60,000 bases of DNA from Malacoraja senta (GCA_038087875.1 CM075993.1:5086001-5146000), one strand, 5' to 3'; shown: positions 22,830 through 36,105, numbered from the stretch's first letter. The notes: generated from the sequence alone by a model not told the origin. Translations and numbers: made by a program.

Positions 22830-24794
22830 CAAGTCAAGTCAAGTCACATTTATTTATATAGCACATTTAAAAAACAACTCTCGTTGGCCAAAGTGCTTTA
22901 CATTTGTTATAAGAATAGCACAACCAAACAAACTACGTACATATATACATGTAGCCCTCACTCAGAGGATGCCAGGAAAGGCTTGGGAGTATAGATAAGT
23001 CTTTAGTCTTGACTTAAAAGAGTCGATGGAGGGGGCAGTTCTGATGGGAAAGGGGATGCTGAGCTTATGCCTAGACCGTGGGATATTCAGCAACCCCAAG
23101 TCGGCCGATCTGAGGGGCCTGGAGGTGGAGTGGTGGGTGAGAAGACTTTTTATGTAGGTGGGGGCAAGCCCATTGAGGGCTTTGTAGACATGGAGGAGGA
23201 TCTTGAAGTTTATACGGAACCGCACAGGGAGCCAGTGGAGAGAGACCAGGGTCAGGGTGATGTGGTCCCTTTTTCGGGTGCCCGTCAGGAGTCTCGCTGC
23301 GGCGTTTTGGACCAGTTGCAGGCGGGACAGGGAAGATTGGCTGATGCCAGTGTAAAGGGAGTTGCAGTAATCTAGGCGGGAGGAGATGAATGTGTGGATG
23401 ATCTTTTCCAGGTCATCAAACTGGAGGAATTGTTTTATTTTAGCTATTGTCCGAAGCTTAAAGAAGCTAGCTTTTACCACGGATTTTGACATTTGTCAAA
23501 TTCAGTGCTGAGTCAAATATCACGCCAAGGTTTTTGACATGAGGTTTGAGTAGTGGGGTAAGGCTTCCAAGGCTGCCTGCTATCATTTTGATTGAGTCCG
23601 AGGGGCCGAGAAGGATGACCTCAGACTTACTCTCGTTTAGTTGGAGGAAGTTCTGGGCCATCCAACACTTTATATCCTCGAGGCAGTGGGTAAGGTTAAG
23701 CAGATTTGATTGTTTTTTGGGCTTCAGGGGGAGATAGAGTTGTGTATCGTCTACGTAGCAATGGAAGGAAATGCCGTGCCTTTCAATGACTTGGCCTAAG
23801 GGGAGCATATACAGGGAGAAGAGAATGGGGCCAAGGATGGAACCTTGTGGAACCCCACAGCAGAGATTAGCTGGGGAGGAGAATGAGTTGCCTATGTTAG
23901 TCGAGAAACTCCTACCTTTGAGGTAGGAGATGAACCAGCTCAGGGCAGTGCCATCAATACCAACCCCATTACGGTCAATTAGGATGGTATGGTCGACAGT
24001 ATCAAATGTGTGCTGAGGTCAAGAAGGAGCAGAATTGCGCAGTCGCCGGAGTCAACGGTGAGCAGTAGGTCATTGTGTACCTTCAACAAGGCAGACTCTG
24101 TGCTATGGTGAGCCCTGAAACCTGATTGGAAAGTTTCCAAGATAGTGTTTTGGTGAAGGTAAGGTATAAGTTGACTTAAAATTACCTTTTCAAGGGCTTT
24201 TGAGAGGAAAGGCAGTTTAGAAATGGGTCTGTAGTTGCTTGGCAAGGTGGGGTCGAGTTTTGTTTTTTTCAGGAGTGGTTGGACCACCGCATGCTTGAAG
24301 CAGGTCGGTACAGTGCCAGTGGCCAGAGAGCTGTTGAAGATGGCGAGGATGCTGGGACCAGCTGTTGTAATGACGTCCTTTAGGAGGGCAGAGGGGACAG
24401 TGTCGAGGGGGCAGGTAGTAGGTTTCATGGTGGTGATCAGTTTTACAAGGGAGGGTAGAGTAACGGGTTGGAAACTGTCTAATTTTGAAGAGCAGACCAA
24501 TGAGACAGCCAGGTCACGGGTGGGAGGGGAAATATTCGTTCTTATATTCTTTACCTTGCTGGTGAAAAATGTGGTAAATTCCTCGCACTTAGCAGGGGAC
24601 CCAGTTAGGCTGGTGCTGGTGGCAGGACAGATGATGGAGGTGATGGTGCTAAAGAGGACCTTGGAATTTTGCGCGTTTTTGGAGATAAGGGTGGAAAAAT
24701 ATTTAGTTCTTGCAGATGTTACTGCTTCCTGGTATTTGACAAGATTATTTTTCAGGAGTTCAAAGGAAATTTGAAGCTTATCAGATTTGTACTG
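22830..24794 (-). mobile_element. L2-clade LINE, 5'-truncated, frameshifted RT
   Basis: NYRPISKLPFLSK, FQSGFRAHHSTESALL, LLLLDLS, HCYVDDTQLYL, SRLDYCNSL...LQLVQNAAARLL...LHWLPV. 3' AATAAA plus (GACTT)n tail, and a possible TSD CATAAGT at 22823-22829 and 24795-24801. Confidence 0.92.
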
Positions 24795-25214
24795 CATAAG
24801 TGTTGTGTTGTTACAAGAAGAATTCCGAGATCGGGCATTCTCCATAGCTCACTCCATGATTCCTCAAAGCTTTTTCAATATCAAGTCCAAAGCACTCCTT
24901 TTACCTCCTTTGATGAATGCAGTTACAACATGTGATAAACTTCATTCCATTTGGGGAGAAAACATCTACTGAAGATGCAACGTAACCTAATCATTCAACC
25001 GTCCCACCACCAGCACCTCTGTGTCGAGTACACACAATCTGCAAAATGTCCTTCAGTTACTTGCAAAGGCTGCTTCAAGAGCCAGCCCCATGAACTCTAC
25101 CACTATCGAGGACAAGGCCAGCAAGCTTGTGGGAATAGAATCATCAGCCATTGGAATTATATAAACATTTCTTCAATGTCAATGGATTCACATCATGGAA
25201 CTCACTCCACAACA

Positions 25215-25432
25215 TAGATACATAGAAAATAGGTGCAGGAGTAGGCCATTCGGCCCTTCGAGCCTGCACCGCCATTCAATATGATCATGGCTGATCATCC
25301 AACTCAGTATCCCGTACCTGCCTTCTCTCCATACCCCCTGATCCCTTTAGCCACAAGGGCCACATCTAACTCCCTCTTAAATATAGCCAATGAACTGGCC
25401 TCAACTACCCTCTGTGGCAGAGAGTTCCAGAG
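25215..25432 (-). mobile_element. HER1/CR1 LINE 3' end
   Basis: Reverse complement of the 2840-3050 segment, nearly identical. Confidence 0.9.
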
Positions 25433-25554
25433 ACAACAGCACCATACAGTTACTCACACCATACAGACTGCAGTAGCGTACAGTTGCTCTCTACCACCTT
25501 CTCAAGGCCAATAAAAGTTGTGCTTGCCAGCAAAGCCCACAACAAAGAGCCACT

Positions 25555-25890
25555 CTCCATACAGAAAGTGTGAAAACGCACTCCTACAGATTCAGGAACA
25601 GCTTCTTCCCAGCAGTTATCAGGCAACTGAACCATCCTACCAACTAGCAGTCCTGAGCAACTATCTACCTCATTGGAGACCCACAGACTATTTTTGATTA
25701 GCCTTTACTGGACTTTATCTTGCAATAAACGTTATTCACATTATTCCCTTTATCATGTATCTGTACACTGTGGATGGTTCGATTGTAAGCATATATTGTC
25801 TTTCTGCTTACTGGTTAGCACGCAACAAAAGCTTTTCACTGTACCACAATACACGTGACTTGGTACATATGACAATAAACTAAACTCAAC
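25555..25890 (+). mobile_element. Rex1-like LINE 3' remnant
   Basis: agattcaggaacagcttcttccc (RFRNSFFP) and 3' UTR aagcttttcactgtacc...gacaataaactaaact. Confidence 0.6.
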
Positions 25891-26586
25891 TCATTTTATA
25901 TCGGAAGTCGATGGTACTTTAACTGGAAGATTAGAACGGTGATTTGAGGCAGATGAAATTTTGTAACAGGTATTGGTAATGCAGGATCTTGTGCTTGAAT
26001 ATGCAATATCAATAACACTTGATGTAATTAAGTACATGGATGGTTTGGGAGAAAGGGAAATGGGAGGCTTGGCAGGAGGGTATTGGAAGAGCAGAACTGG
26101 TAACAGAGGAATTGTTGGTGCTTTTTGCTCCTGTAAATGATCATTTTGGCTACAGCTCCTGCTTCCACGTCAAAACTGAAAGTTCAAACGTGTTTGGACA
26201 ATATAAATTCTATCCATTCCTGCTGAATACCATTCAGTACATAACCTGTACAGAAAATTTGTTATATTAGCAGCAAATACAGACATGCCTCGCAAACCAA
26301 CATAAATCAATAATTCACTCTGAAACATGTTGATGCTTCTATATGACCCACTGAAAAATATTTTTTTCCCATGGAAATTCACATGTATAAAATTTATAAT
26401 ACGTTAAAAGGGCTTTCTTGCAATAATTGAACTCCAATTATAGTTTGCCGTGAATCATATAATATCTTTCTGCTTTGCAAGTCACAGCAAGTAATTCATC
26501 CAACTAATGCTGACAAATGGCTGAGGGTAATTAAAGACATTTATATGCATTGATTACCACATTATAAATTATTACATTTTTTTTTT

Positions 26587-26627
26587 GTGTGTGTGTGTGT
26601 GCGTGTGTGCGTGTGTGCGTGTGTGCG

Positions 26628-26658
<31 letters not shown>
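26587..26658. repeat. (TG)n/(TGTGTGCG)n microsatellite abutting a SINE 3' half (26659-26810)
   Basis: Seen directly. Confidence 0.92.
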
Positions 26659-27051
26659 AGGTTAATTAGCCTATGTAAATTGCCCTTGGTCTGTCGGGAG
26701 TGGATGAGAAGGTTGGACAATATAGAACTTGCGTGAATGGTTGATCGAAGGACGGTGTGGACCCGGTGGGGCCGGTGAGCCTGTTTCCATGCCATATCTT
26801 TCATGCAATCAAGTCAATCCAAAAAAGGAAGAGTAGCCAGAGAATAAGCCTTGGAGAAGGTGGCGATTAGCAAGGATGTATTTGCAAAGATATTTACCCC
26901 TGTAATTTCATTGAAACAAATCTAAAAATAAATGGGATTCTAAAAAAAGGTACAAAACATTTATGTACTTGGAAGGAAGATGACAGAAAAAAAGTACTGG
27001 CCCTAACCTCTGACAAATACAAATCAGTAATTAAATAAAGATAACACTTAC

Positions 27052-30000
27052 TTATTAAATTTCTTTGGTGGAGGAGTAGGAGGAGGAGAGCTTTGTCCAT
27101 CCAGACAGCAGTTCCCATTTCCCTTTTCAGCAAAACTTGTTGTAGGCTTTTCGGTGTCATTCAATCCAGATGCCTTGACCTGTTTTTCGTTGAGTGCGGG
27201 GTGAATTTCAGTGTCCACTGCTGCAATATCTAATTTACCAGCCTCAGCCTTTGCATCATCCAGTCCAGGGTCTGGTTTATAATTCAGCATAGCAGTCAGT
27301 TGCTCAGACGGTTCTAATATTTTCTGTTCACTGCACAGTCGCTGTATGGGTGGTGGTGGCAGCATATGTATCACCCGTCCATTCAATCCAATTAACTTGT
27401 CCTTGTCTTTATCCTTCTCCTCCTCTTCCTCAGTCTTGCGGCGACGAAAGAAGCTTTTGAAGGAAATCCATCGTTTTGGTTTGGTCTCTTGTGGGCGCTG
27501 GCGACTCTCGGGGTTCAACAATGGACATTCGGTCTCAGTTGCTTGTACGGGACTTGTTGGCTTCCCCCAGTTACTGAAATGTTTCTGCAGAAGATTGCTT
27601 GCATGGTAAGGGGACGATGTCGAACGAGGGGGTGGAAACGGAGGCAGGTGTTCACTCCTCGGACTCTGACTTAGTGCACCAGGTGATTGTGCCGCACATG
27701 GTTTAGAAGTGGGAACAGTAACTTGCTTTGTAAGAATACTTTCTTTCTGTCCTTTCGTAACGTTCCCATCCATTGCTTTAGATACATCTGTTCCACTGCT
27801 TGCCTGCGGGGTGAATAATGACTTTGGCCGAATATAAAGATCGCCACTGCCTTCTGAAATGGCAGGAGGTTGAGAATAGAGCTCTTCTACACTGCTAGCT
27901 TTTGATTGTGTCTGAGGATCGTCGGGGGGCAGCTGTGGAGGCTGAATGGATGCCACAATTTGAGAGAGCACAGCATTGGCATTTTCTCTGACGACTGACA
28001 ATTTCTGCCTTTCTGGAGTTTCCTCTTTTCTGGAAGGCGAGTCTTGATTAGATCGCGGAGCTTTAGTCGGAGAGCACTGGTTGGATCCAAAGCCTTTGTG
28101 AGGTGAGGACGGGTTTTGTGCTTTGCTTTGTGCATTGTTGAATTCCTGCACTTTTCGTGCAACAGTGCCACGCACTTTTCTTTCTGTGCTGGTACTTGGA
28201 GCTTTTGCTTGGGGCAAATTTGCAGATTTTTTTCCCGCTGATCCGATTTCTTCGTAGGTGTGGCTCATCACATGTTCTGAAGTGTCCTTTTTCATATGTT
28301 GTCCACTAGGACCCAAAAAGCTTTTATAGATGGCTAAGTTATCATAAGCATTTGGATTAATTACTATTGGTACTTTTATCGCCTTATGCTTTGAGCTCTG
28401 TGCATACGTTGGCTCATCGTGTATAATGATAGGGAAAGGCGGCATCCCAGCATTGTTGTAACTATTAAACTTAATTTCAGACAGATTTGGTGACTTCACA
28501 GGAATTGTTTTGGAAATGATATTTGTATTAGTCGGTGAAGTTGGGGCAGATTTATGACTCATCTGTCTTGGCGGAGGTGTCGGGCCAGAGCTACTCGTCA
28601 TTAAAGCGACTCGAGGCACCTTTTGTCGAGGGCTTGTGCTGGAAGTCCACACTTCTTGATATCTAGTGATACTAGACCTTTTCTGGTTGTTCATCTGGCT
28701 TGGAGGTGGTGTTGATGGGGTTGTACTTAACGGTGAAGTCTTTGGACCTTGAAGTAATTCAGGTGGACTACCAGACTTTTTATTGTTCATTGCTGCTGAG
28801 ACATCAACGACAGTGTATGGTTTACACATACCTGGTGGCTCTAAGTCTACAACCCTGTATGGTTTTGCTTGTTCTTCCTTTGGAATAATATTAATTGTCA
28901 CAGTTTGCCCAGAACTGTCCGTGGAACCTGTATCCAAATCCTGCTTCTCACTTTGCAAGGCTATCTTTCCATCTTTCTCCTCCAGCCTCAAAGCAAGAAC
29001 TGCTTTATGAGTTTCGAGAGACTTTACCGCAGTACCTCTTGCTGGTTTAAACGGAGCCTGCTTTACACAGGAAACCTGCTCATTTTCACCAATGCTTTCG
29101 TAATCGGGCTCAATTGACTTGGTACTTTTGCAGTCACTCGGTGTAAGATCACCATTGCAAAGCTGTTGATGCATAGTTTTTGTCGTCCCTGTTTGAGATC
29201 CATCTGTCATTGAAGAATCAGGAGATGTGGATTCAGAAGATAAAACGCTTGGTAAACTGTCCTGGCTATATGGGATCATGGCTTCATCGCCATATCCATT
29301 TAGGATGTCATCATAACTATCATCATAGTCAACAGCACAAATTCTGAGTAGGGACTGCTTTCGTAATGGCACAGTGTTCCACTTTTTGTCATTGCAGAAT
29401 CTGACAGGAGACAGTGTATTGGCCCTAAAATTAGCAAACCGTGGCTGACCACGCATTCGTATTTCCATTGCCAACAGCTCCTCGTCACTCTCATCCCAAC
29501 TTTCTCGTTCTTCCGTCACATTCTCGCTCGGATCATTCTCCGCTCTGCAATCGCCGCGGAAGGAACAGTCGGGGTAGCAGAAGAGTCCTCCCTCGTTGCT
29601 GATAACCTCGGAGCTGTTGCAGAGCACAACGTGCTTCCCTGGGTTCTCCTTCATACCTGCCACAATGCAACTTGGAGGAATTTTCCTTTCCAATGAGCGC
29701 TGATAACATTTGTTGATGCGTCCGAGAAAGGTCTCTTTGTCACATTCTTGGTCTGGTAAGTGTGGTTCAGGTTCAAAGCCCACAATTTCCTTCAATACAT
29801 CAGTTAATCCATTGTTGTTATTGTTAGGTTTCCTATTACTATTAACCCTGTCTGGACCATAAGGTCTCTGGGAATTGCTGCTGCTCTCTTCATTATTATT
29901 ATTGTTCACAAGTTTCCTGGTGATGACAACTCCATTCCTATTCCATCCTACAAACATGTGCTTATTTTCACAGCTTTCCATTGTCTCCATTTCTGGACTC

Positions 30001-30257
30001 ACAGTTTGTCCATCTGTGACCATCATTGTGGGCTTCACAGCAATTGTTGGCTTCTTGGCAACAGGAGGCCGAAAATTACCAGTGGCCGACCTACCCCTCT
30101 GGTTGTTGCTATGATTAGCATTAGTTTTTAAATTGTTATATGAACGAGGAGGGGTTTCAGAAGTAGTAGTTAAACAATGCAAACTTTTGGGTTTAAAACA
30201 GTTCTTACATTCACCAGGTTTCCATACGTGTTCAGTGAAGGTATTACAGGCGGACAT
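27052..30257 (-). CDS. PEAK1: PEAK1 (pseudopodium-enriched atypical kinase 1 / SgK269), giant first coding exon encoding the N-terminal disordered region (about 1068 aa)
   Basis: ORF starts MSACNTFTEHVWKPGECKNCFKPKSLH. It contains PEAK1 blocks ESWDESDEELLAMEIRMRGQPRFANFRANTLSPVRF, HKAVLALRLEEKDGKIA, PFPIIIHDEPTYA, INPNAYDNLAIYKSFLG, SHTYEEI and KPKRWISFKSFFRRRK. It ends at a phase-2 donor AA|GTAAGT (27052/27051). Upstream acceptor ttccatttgcAG|G at 30374. Confidence 0.98.
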
Positions 30258-30374
30258 TTTTCATAGAGCTACTCATGAAACACACCTTGTTCACTGCATT
30301 GTTGTACAATCATTGATTCAGCTCCACCTTATCCGCCACAAGGTTCTTAATTGATACTGTGTGTCAACTCATAC
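30258..30374 (-). promoter_or_regulatory. PEAK1: PEAK1 5' UTR portion of the giant exon, containing five upstream ATGs
   Basis: 117 nt between the acceptor at 30374 and the main ATG. Upstream ATGs at 30372, 30313, 30299, 30276 and 30264, none in a frame that fuses to the main ORF. Confidence 0.8.
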
Positions 30375-31184
30375 CTGCAAATGGAACAAAAGATTCATTA
30401 ACCAGGGATGCAATGAACTTTTGATTTAGATACACGAGTGCCGACATTTAATCAATGTGATTTTAAATTGAAATCTATCCACAAAAATCTATTCCTCTCT
30501 AGCCAAATTCCCAGCTGGGATCTGAGGTAATTAAGTGACCTTCAGCCCAAAAAGATTCCATAAACCGAGAGACACAGAATAAATATCAGCACTTTTATTC
30601 TGCTCCAGACAGAATCCTCCATTATTACAATGTACACTGTCAGATAACTAATCAAATACCACATCATGTAACTCACTATGTGGACTGGTTAATATCCGAG
30701 CTAATGCCTTTCTAGCCTCACCATACACAGGTTGGGAACTGTGGGTCTGGAGCATTTAAAAGTAAAACTTTTTTTTGTGCTTAAATGAGGCAGCTTTTAT
30801 TAGCAATAACATACATGCAAGACTGCCGACTATATTGCTAGTCACAGAATAACTCCTTTAAAATTAATGCATGTAACATGATGAAAATGTTTCGTTAAAA
30901 AGTCTTTCATTCAAAGCTACAAGACGAGATTAAAAGAAATTGTTCCAGCTTAGATTTATACCTCAATCCAACTGCTAAGAAGCAAACTTTCTCAAGTGTA
31001 CCACTTTGGAACTTTATCAGCACCCTTTATATGGGTATCCAAGCAAAGAATTTCACTGCGACTTGTCACGTGGCAATAAAGTATTCATTCATTCATGTAC
31101 CAATTAGCAGATTCCCAATTCAACAGTGAATGGTCTGACAATTTCATTTGACAAATTGGTGGCTGCATAAGTATACATTTTCAA

Positions 31185-32660
31185 AACAGGCCCTCGTACC
31201 AAATTGCCCACACCGGCCAACAATGTGCCAGCTACACTAGTGCCACCTGCCTGTGTTTGGTCCATATCCCTCCAACCTGTCCTATCCATGTACCTGTCTA
31301 ACTGCTTCTTAAACATTGGGATAGTCCCAGCCTCAACTACCTCCTTTGGCAGCTTGTTCCATACACCCACCACCCTTTGTGTGAAAAAGTTATCCCTCAG
31401 ATTCCTATTAAATCTTTTTCCCTTCACCTTAAACCTATGTCCTCTGGTCCTCGATTCCCCGACTCTGGGCAAGAGACTCTGCATCTACCCAATCTATTCT
31501 TCTCATGATTTTATACACCTCTATAAGATCGCCCTTCATCCTCCTGTGCTCCAGGGAATGGAGTCCCAGCCTACTCAACCTCTCCCTGCAGCTCAGACCC
31601 TCCAGTCTTGGCAACATCCTCATAAATCTTCTCTGTAAAAGGGGAAGTACAACGGGATCTGGGGGTCCTTTTTCATCAGTCAATGAAAGTAAGCATGCAG
31701 GTACAGCAGGCAGTGAAGAAAGCAAATGGCATGTTGGCCTTTATAACAAGAGGAGTTGAGTGTAGGAGCAATGAGGTCCTTCTGCAGTTGTACAGGGCCC
31801 TAGTGAGACCACACCTGGAATATAGTGTGCAGTTTTGGTCTCCAAATTTGAGGAAGAACATTCTTGCTATTGAGGGAGTGCAGCGTAGGTTCACAAGGTT
31901 AATTCCCGGGATGGCAGGACTGTCATATGCTGAGAGAATGGAGCAACTGGGCTTGTATACTCTGGAATTTAGAAGGATGAGAGGGGATCTTATTGAAACA
32001 TATACAATTGTTACGGTTTGGACACGCTAGAGGCAGGAAACATGTTGCCGATGTTGGGGGAGTCCAGAACCAGGGGCCACAGTTTAAGAATAAGGGGTAA
32101 GCCATTTAGAATGGAGATGAGGAAACACTTTTTCCACACAGAGAGTTGTGAGTCTGTGGAATTCTCTGCCTCAGAGGGCGGTGGAGGCCGGTTCTTTGGA
32201 AACTTTCAAGAGAGAGCTAGATAGGGCTCTTAAAGATAGCGGAGTCAGAGGATATGGGGAGAAGGCAGGAAAGGGGTACTGATTGTGGATGATCAGCCAT
32301 GATCACATTGAATGGCGGTGCTGGCTTGGAGGGCCGTATGACCTACTCTTGCACGTATTATCTATTGTCTGTACTCTTTCCAACTTGGCAACATCTTTCC
32401 TATAACATGGTGCCCAGAACTGAACACAATACTCTAAATGCGGTCTCACCAATGTCTTATACAACTGCAACGTGAGCACCCAACTTGATGAAGGTTAATG
32501 TACCTTTTTGACCTACCTGCAACTCGACCTTCAAGGAACCATGCACCTGCACTCCTCGATCCCTCTGCTCTTCAACACTACCCAGAGCCCTACCATTCAC
32601 TGTGCAGGTCTTGCCCATGTTAGACTTCCCAAAATGAAACACCTCACATTTCTCTGTAAT
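31185..32660 (-). mobile_element. CR1 LINE (minus) split by a nested HER1 insertion
   Basis: KCEVFHFGKSN... (32457-32660) and RRFMRMLPRLEGLS...FFTQRVVGVWNKLP (31185-31637) are collinear halves. Confidence 0.85.
31638..32367 (+). mobile_element. HER1/CR1 LINE 3' end nested in an antisense CR1
   Basis: QVQQAVKKANGMLAFI...[19 protein letters not shown], with flanking direct repeat TCTGTA (31632-31637 and 32368-32373). Confidence 0.9.
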
Positions 32661-33437
32661 TCTGTAATCTCTTAAATCCCCATAAAAATAAAGGAACATT
32701 AAATCTCAAAAACATCGCAATTTCACCCGTTTCATTTTTACCCTATTCTTTCAATGACCCAAAGGATACATTTTGATTCATATTTCCTTGGCAGTGACAG
32801 TAAGCAAGTGAAATCCCAAAGTATCTGTTTTTTCCCTCAGTTCTACCTACGTTGATGGTCTCCAAAGTACACTGACAAAGTACACATCCATGCATTCTCC
32901 AGCACCTGTGATAATTTTAGTAACCCAATCTTTTGTTCTTCAATGAATACAATAACTCTATTATTGACAGCGAAATGTTCATGTCTCAAGAGAATTAAAC
33001 TGCATTATAGAAAATTACATTCAACAGACACACTGCAATTACTCCATTCTCACAAATTACAAAGCTATATAACAGAATTGACGATAATTTTATTCTCATC
33101 AACAGAGGGCACATTGCATTCTTAAGTACAACATGTCCTTGCATGAAGTCATGTAATTTTCAAATTGAATTCAAACCAACTTCAGAAAGTTGCCTGATAA
33201 AATTATGTCAAGGTCATCACAACTTTAGAGATGAGATAAAGATTTGAATGTGTGTTAGCGTCTCATAGAAACATAGAAAATAGGTGCAGGAGGAGGCCAT
33301 TCGGCCTTTCGAGCCAGCACCGCCATTCATTGTGATCATGGCCTCAAAAGTAGAAGTTGTTTGAATTATACAAGCTTCATCTAAATGAAACCAGCAATAA
33401 GCTCTTAACAAAATAAACAGAACAACAGAATTAATGA

Positions 33438-33632
33438 TAGACACAAAAAGCTGGAGTAACTCAGTGGGCCGGACAGCATCTCTGGAGAAATGGAATAGGT
33501 GACATTTCGGGTCGAAACCCTTCTTCAGTCTCGACCTGAAAGATCGGCTATTCCTTTTCTCCAGAGAACTGCCGAGCTACTCCAGCTTCTTGTGTTTATC
33601 TTTTAAACTAGCATCTGCAGTTCCTTCCTACA
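33438..33632. mobile_element. Penelope-derived inverted-repeat element
   Basis: gacacaaaaagctggagtaactcag... versus ...ctactccagcttcttgtgt. Confidence 0.75.
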
Positions 33633-35339
33633 CAACACAATTAATGATTTAAACTAACAAGGTAAACACTGAAACCAGCAAATAGCAAAGATAGAAGCAT
33701 TTTTACAACAGAGTAAGATAGGGAGGGAGGTGACAGAATAAATATGGAGAAGTGGTAACTTGACAGCCCATTAACTAGCATAAAGGACCACAGTGGGGAA
33801 GAATTTAACAGAACATATTATCTATATACTTTAAACAAATATATTACAAAGAGCACAAATCCAGGAAGACTATTTGACGTTCTGGTATTCAGAAATGTTA
33901 TTTTGAATCCTGCACAAATCAGGAGCTAAAATGCCAAGATATGCAATCACCTTGCAAGGCTCTATAGCAAAAAAAGTGTTCTAGTTTTGTACCAATGTTG
34001 CCAGGAGATACCATACCACATTGAAAAAACGATTCAATCAAATTTTCCAATGTTAAATAGAAAATCAGAACAAAGGGAATAACTTCCAAGTCGGTTGAAA
34101 TGCAAGTTTAAGTAATATATGTCTTCAGAAAGTTGCAAGAATGTGGGAAACAATGCTCAGGTAACCATGAATACAAAACTAATTACATTAAAATGAATGT
34201 ATGTACTTACATGCCAAAAGGGAGAAAGGCAGCAAATCAGAAATAAAAACACAGCCATCTTAGCTAACAAAATAATGAACCGTGTGACAATCTACATGGG
34301 AAACCAAGAGATCCTCTTGTATGCACTGTTTTTCTCTTAGCAATCAGAGGAGTGAGACACACCTCATTTTATCGTGTGGTTCAATAAACATGACTAACAA
34401 AGTGAAAACATCCTACAATGCTTCAGTTGATAAATACATTACTTATTACCACAAAATAAAACTAAACGTAGTTCAAATCTACCTCATAGTTCACCGGAAA
34501 TAAAAGGATTTGAACACAGACTGGAAGTTTCTTTGGTGCTGATCCACATTAAATATTTGTATAAATTACAGAAGAAAATATTTTTTTTTTTAAATGATAA
34601 AGCCACTTTAATGTATTGGCTGCAGTTCTCAAGAAATTAGAAGCCATAAGCTTCCATGCTGGAAGCTGTTTTCTTGATAGAATGCAATTGTTCAAATGTT
34701 TCTTCTAAAGAATATAGCTTTTGTCAAATACATGCTATTAGCACGAGCTGAATAACAAAGAAGCACATTGATGCTTTTGTGAACAATTTTTATAGTTTAT
34801 AATTGTTATGTAACAGCAATTTAATTTCTCAGAGTAAACAAGCAATTAATGAACATTGGGGAAAAAAGATCAAGATTTACATTTCTATTCATAAGGACAA
34901 AAAACATTGATTATTTATATGTTCCCAATTTGAGATAAAGGAACAGTTCAAAGTGATTTATGAACTTTCAAATATTTTGTTAATTGTATTCTATAAAATT
35001 ATTTAACAAATTTATATGCTGAAATTTCATTTATGGCCTTCCCAGTCAATGCAAAATGAACTGTATTTGATAAGCGACAAAGTCAAAAACAGTTGCTTTT
35101 TCTTAAAATAGATTTAAGATTGATCTTATATTTCAAATATGGAGCAAGAATAAATCATTTCCACCGATGAAATTTATGTTCAAATCTAGCTTCAATTGAT
35201 CTTTTATCTGGAGCTTCCACTAACTTCTGTTCATATCATAGAGTCATGCGGCACAGAAACCCACCTTTCGGCCCACCAAGTCCATACTAGCAATGACCCA
35301 TTTACACTATTCATGTCCTCATGCCCTTAGTGACAGTGT

Positions 35340-36105
35340 GGAAACAAGCCCTTCGGCCCAACATGCCCACACCGGCCAACATGTCCCACCTGCCTGCGCT
35401 TGGTCCATATCTCTCCAAACCTGTCCTTTGTATGTACCTGTCTTTATGTTTTATGTTAAATTCTATAGTGTTCTGTTTATCTTATGTGTGTGCTGCATGG
35501 CAACTCAAATTTCACTGCACCAATTGGTGTATGCGACAATAAATGTCCTTTGGTAGACAAAAGTGCTGGAGAAACTCAGCGGGTGCAGCAGCATCTATGG
35601 AGCGAAGGAAATAGGCAACGTTTCTTTCGCTCCATGGATGCTGCTGCACCCACTGAGTTTCTCCAGCACTTTTGTCTACCTTCGATTTTCCAGCATCTGC
35701 AGTTCCTTGTTAAATAAATGTCCTTTGTCTACCTGTTTCTTAAACATTGGAATAGTCCCAGCCTCAACTACATCCTCTGGTAGCTTGTTCCATACACCTA
35801 CCACCCTTTGTGTGAAAAAGTTACTCCTCAGATTTCTATTGAATCTTTTCCGCTTCACCTTGAACCTATGTTCTCTGGTCCTCGATTCCCCTACTCTGGG
35901 TAAGAGACTCTGTGCATCCACCCGATCTATTCTTCTCATGATTTTGTACACCTCTATAAGATCATCCCTCATCCTCCTGAGCTCCAAGGAATAGAGACTC
36001 AGCCTACTCAACCTCTCCCTATAGCTGACACCCTCTAGTCCTGGCTACATCCTCGTAAATCTTCGCTGAACCCTTTCAAGCTTGACAATATCTTTTCCAT
36101 AACAG
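35340..36105 (-). mobile_element. CR1 LINE 3' fragment with nested inserts, including a Penelope-derived palindrome at 35552-35710
   Basis: LYSLELRRMRDDLIEVYKIMRRID...FFTQRVVGVWNKLP. The palindrome is flanked by the duplicated sequence aataaatgtcctttg. Confidence 0.85.

Noticed and set aside
27346..30354. Short ORFs antisense to, or frame-shifted within, the PEAK1 giant exon
   Set aside because: These are expected shadow ORFs of a long coding exon, with no recognisable products.
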